DNA of 62,121 bases, from assembly GCA_017881315.1 (NCBI GenBank), contig JADGRB010000002.1:1-62121 (forward strand), written 5' to 3'. Source of the stretch: Pseudomonadota bacterium. GTDB taxonomy: Bacteria > Myxococcota_A > Polyangia > Fen-1088. Shown piece by piece: positions 60,592-62,121 of the stretch. The translations under genes and the position numbers were made by a program. Under the pieces are notes generated by a model. It was not told the origin of the DNA and made no database searches. It was given only the letters and a program-made list of their open reading frames with translations. Position 1 is the first letter of the stretch. The number at the start of each line of letters is the position of its first letter.

Positions 60592-62118
60592 ATGGGCATG
60601 CACCGAAATCGAGCGTCGTTGGTCGCCGCGTTGATCGTGGCTGGGTTCACGGTCCTGAGCACCGTCTCGGCCGCTGCCGCGTTTGCGCAGTCTCCCTCGG
60701 TGGCCGCCGCTGCGCCCGCGCCCGATCTGGCGGCACGGGTCGCCGATCTGGAGGCCTACGTGACCAACGGGACGCCCAAGTATCTCTCGTCCCCCGGTCC
60801 CGGCCACAACGCCTGGATGATGACCGCCACCGCGCTGGTGCTGTTCATGACGCTGCCAGGCCTGGCGCTCTTCTACGGCGGGCTGGTGCGGCGCAAGAAC
60901 GTCCTCTCGGTCATGGCGCAGTGTCTGGGGTGCGCCGGCCTGATCACCATCCTATGGTGGGCGGCCGGTTACAGCCTCGCGTTCGATCACGGCGGCCCGT
61001 TCCTGGGCGGACTGAAATTCGCCTGGCTCAAAGGGGTTACCTCGACACCCAACGCCGACTACGGCGCCTGGGTCTCGCAGAACGTCTTCGCGATGTACCA
61101 GCTCATGTTCGCGATCATTACGCCCGCGCTGATCGTCGGCGCGATCGCGGAACGCATGAAGTATTCGGCGATCATGGCCTTCATCGTGATCTGGATGTTC
61201 GTGGTCTACTTTCCGCTGGCGCACATGGTGTGGGGCGCCGACGGCCTCATGAACGGCGTCTGGAATGCCAAGGCGGCGATCCGGTCCATCGACTTCGCGG
61301 GCGGCACGGTGGTTCACATGTCGTCCGGATGGTCGGCCCTGGTGCTCTGCCTGATCCTCGGCAAGCGCACCGGCTTCGGCCGGCGGGCCTTCGTCCCGCA
61401 CAGCATGGTCCTCACCGTGATCGGCACCGGCATGCTCTGGGTCGGTTGGTACGGCTTCAACGCCGGCAGCGCGGTCGCCGCCGACGGCATCGCCGCCACC
61501 GCCTTCACCGCCACCACGCTGGCGACCGCGGTCGCCGCCGCCGTCTGGCCGGGGCTGGAATGGCTCACGCGCGGCAAGCCCACGGTGCTCGGCTTCTGCT
61601 CGGGCGCGGTGGCCGGGCTGGTCGTGATCACGCCGGCTTCGGGGTTCGTCACGCCGGGGAGCGCCGTGATCATCGGCCTCCTCGCGGGCATCGTCCCATT
61701 TCTCGCCTGCACCAAGCTCAAGGCGTTCTTCAAGTACGACGACGCGCTGGACACCTTCGGCGTGCACGGAGTGGGCGGGACCCTGGGGGCGCTCTGCACC
61801 GGCTTCTTCGCCAGCCCCGAGGCCAACCCGAACCTGAGCACCAACCTGGCCGGCATCGTGGGCAAGAGCCTCTGGATCGAGCAGCTCAAGGCGATGGGGC
61901 TGACGCTGGTGCTCTCGGTGGGCGCGACGGCGGTGATCGCGTTCGCGTTGAAGGCAGCCATCGGGCTTCGCCCAAGCGTCGAGAGCGAGGAACAGGGGCT
62001 CGACGACGCCGATCATGGCGAGGCCGGATATCATCCCGACGAGGGTGGCGGACACGGCGAAGCGCTGAGCGAGCCAGCGCTCTCCGCGGCCGCTGGGCTG
62101 GTCAACCCGGCGCACTAG
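60592..62118 (+). CDS. amtB: ammonium transporter (Amt family)
   Basis: 508 aa with a signal peptide. Blocks: NAWMMTATALVLFMTLPGLALFYGG, FAGGTVVHMSSGW, WYGFNAGSA, DDALDTFGVHGVGGTLG. Confidence 0.92.
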   Translation: MGMHRNRASLVAALIVAGFTVLSTVSAAAAFAQSPSVAAAAPAPDLAARVADLEAYVTNGTPKYLSSPGPGHNAWMMTATALVLFMTLPGLALFYGGLVRRKNVLSVMAQCLGCAGLITILWWAAGYSLAFDHGGPFLGGLKFAWLKGVTSTPNADYGAWVSQNVFAMYQLMFAIITPALIVGAIAERMKYSAIMAFIVIWMFVVYFPLAHMVWGADGLMNGVWNAKAAIRSIDFAGGTVVHMSSGWSALVLCLILGKRTGFGRRAFVPHSMVLTVIGTGMLWVGWYGFNAGSAVAADGIAATAFTATTLATAVAAAVWPGLEWLTRGKPTVLGFCSGAVAGLVVITPASGFVTPGSAVIIGLLAGIVPFLACTKLKAFFKYDDALDTFGVHGVGGTLGALCTGFFASPEANPNLSTNLAGIVGKSLWIEQLKAMGLTLVLSVGATAVIAFALKAAIGLRPSVESEEQGLDDADHGEAGYHPDEGGGHGEALSEPALSAAAGLVNPAH

Positions 62119-62121
62119 TCG

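Overview
62.1-kb high-G+C bacterial chromosomal segment (by eye about two thirds G+C with strongly G/C-biased third codon positions; not computed). The gene content suggests Myxococcota or a similar lineage: a Hanks-type kinase beside an FHA protein, a myxococcus-type cysteine-rich repeat module, many lipoproteins, frequent GTG/TTG starts and 4-nt start/stop overlaps. I support 55 protein-coding genes and found no rRNA, tRNA, CRISPR array, transposase or integrase. Layout: (i) 1-6.3 kb mixed flank: DUF899 fragment, orphan clpP coupled to an RHH/HTH gene, two paralogous His-rich small secreted proteins flanking a Cys-rich lipoprotein, YceI, GST, two lipoproteins. (ii) 6.4-44.6 kb, a very large Wzx/Wzy-type polysaccharide locus. 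It holds a priming phosphoglycosyl transferase and an export/regulation module (predicted beta-barrel, short OPX, FHA-fused PCP, Ser/Thr kinase). It also holds four GT2/GT4 glycosyltransferases plus a WecG/TagA-type one, WecB, an AsnB-type amidotransferase, a Wzy-like polymerase, a Wzx flippase, a GT-C enzyme and a Dpm1-GtrA fusion. Tailoring genes include six separate acyl/acetyl-transfer systems (one an AlgI/AlgJ-like pair), a 2OG oxygenase, an MBL-Rieske fusion and three secreted glycan-degrading-type proteins. (iii) 45.3-54.1 kb, the part I consider most novel: a carrier protein, two PqqD-like/heme-oxygenase-like fusion oxidases, a Cys-His papain/transglutaminase-like protein and an ANL adenylase. 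This cassette is convergent with an operon for a 52-aa peptide, a tandem alpha/beta-hydrolase, a Zn-ADH and a DPPR-synthase-type UbiA phosphoribosyltransferase. (iv) 54.3-62.1 kb housekeeping: cimA, rfbC, galU, rfbB, ECF sigma + YciI, amtB. All functional calls come from motif recognition by eye; none has been verified by a database search.
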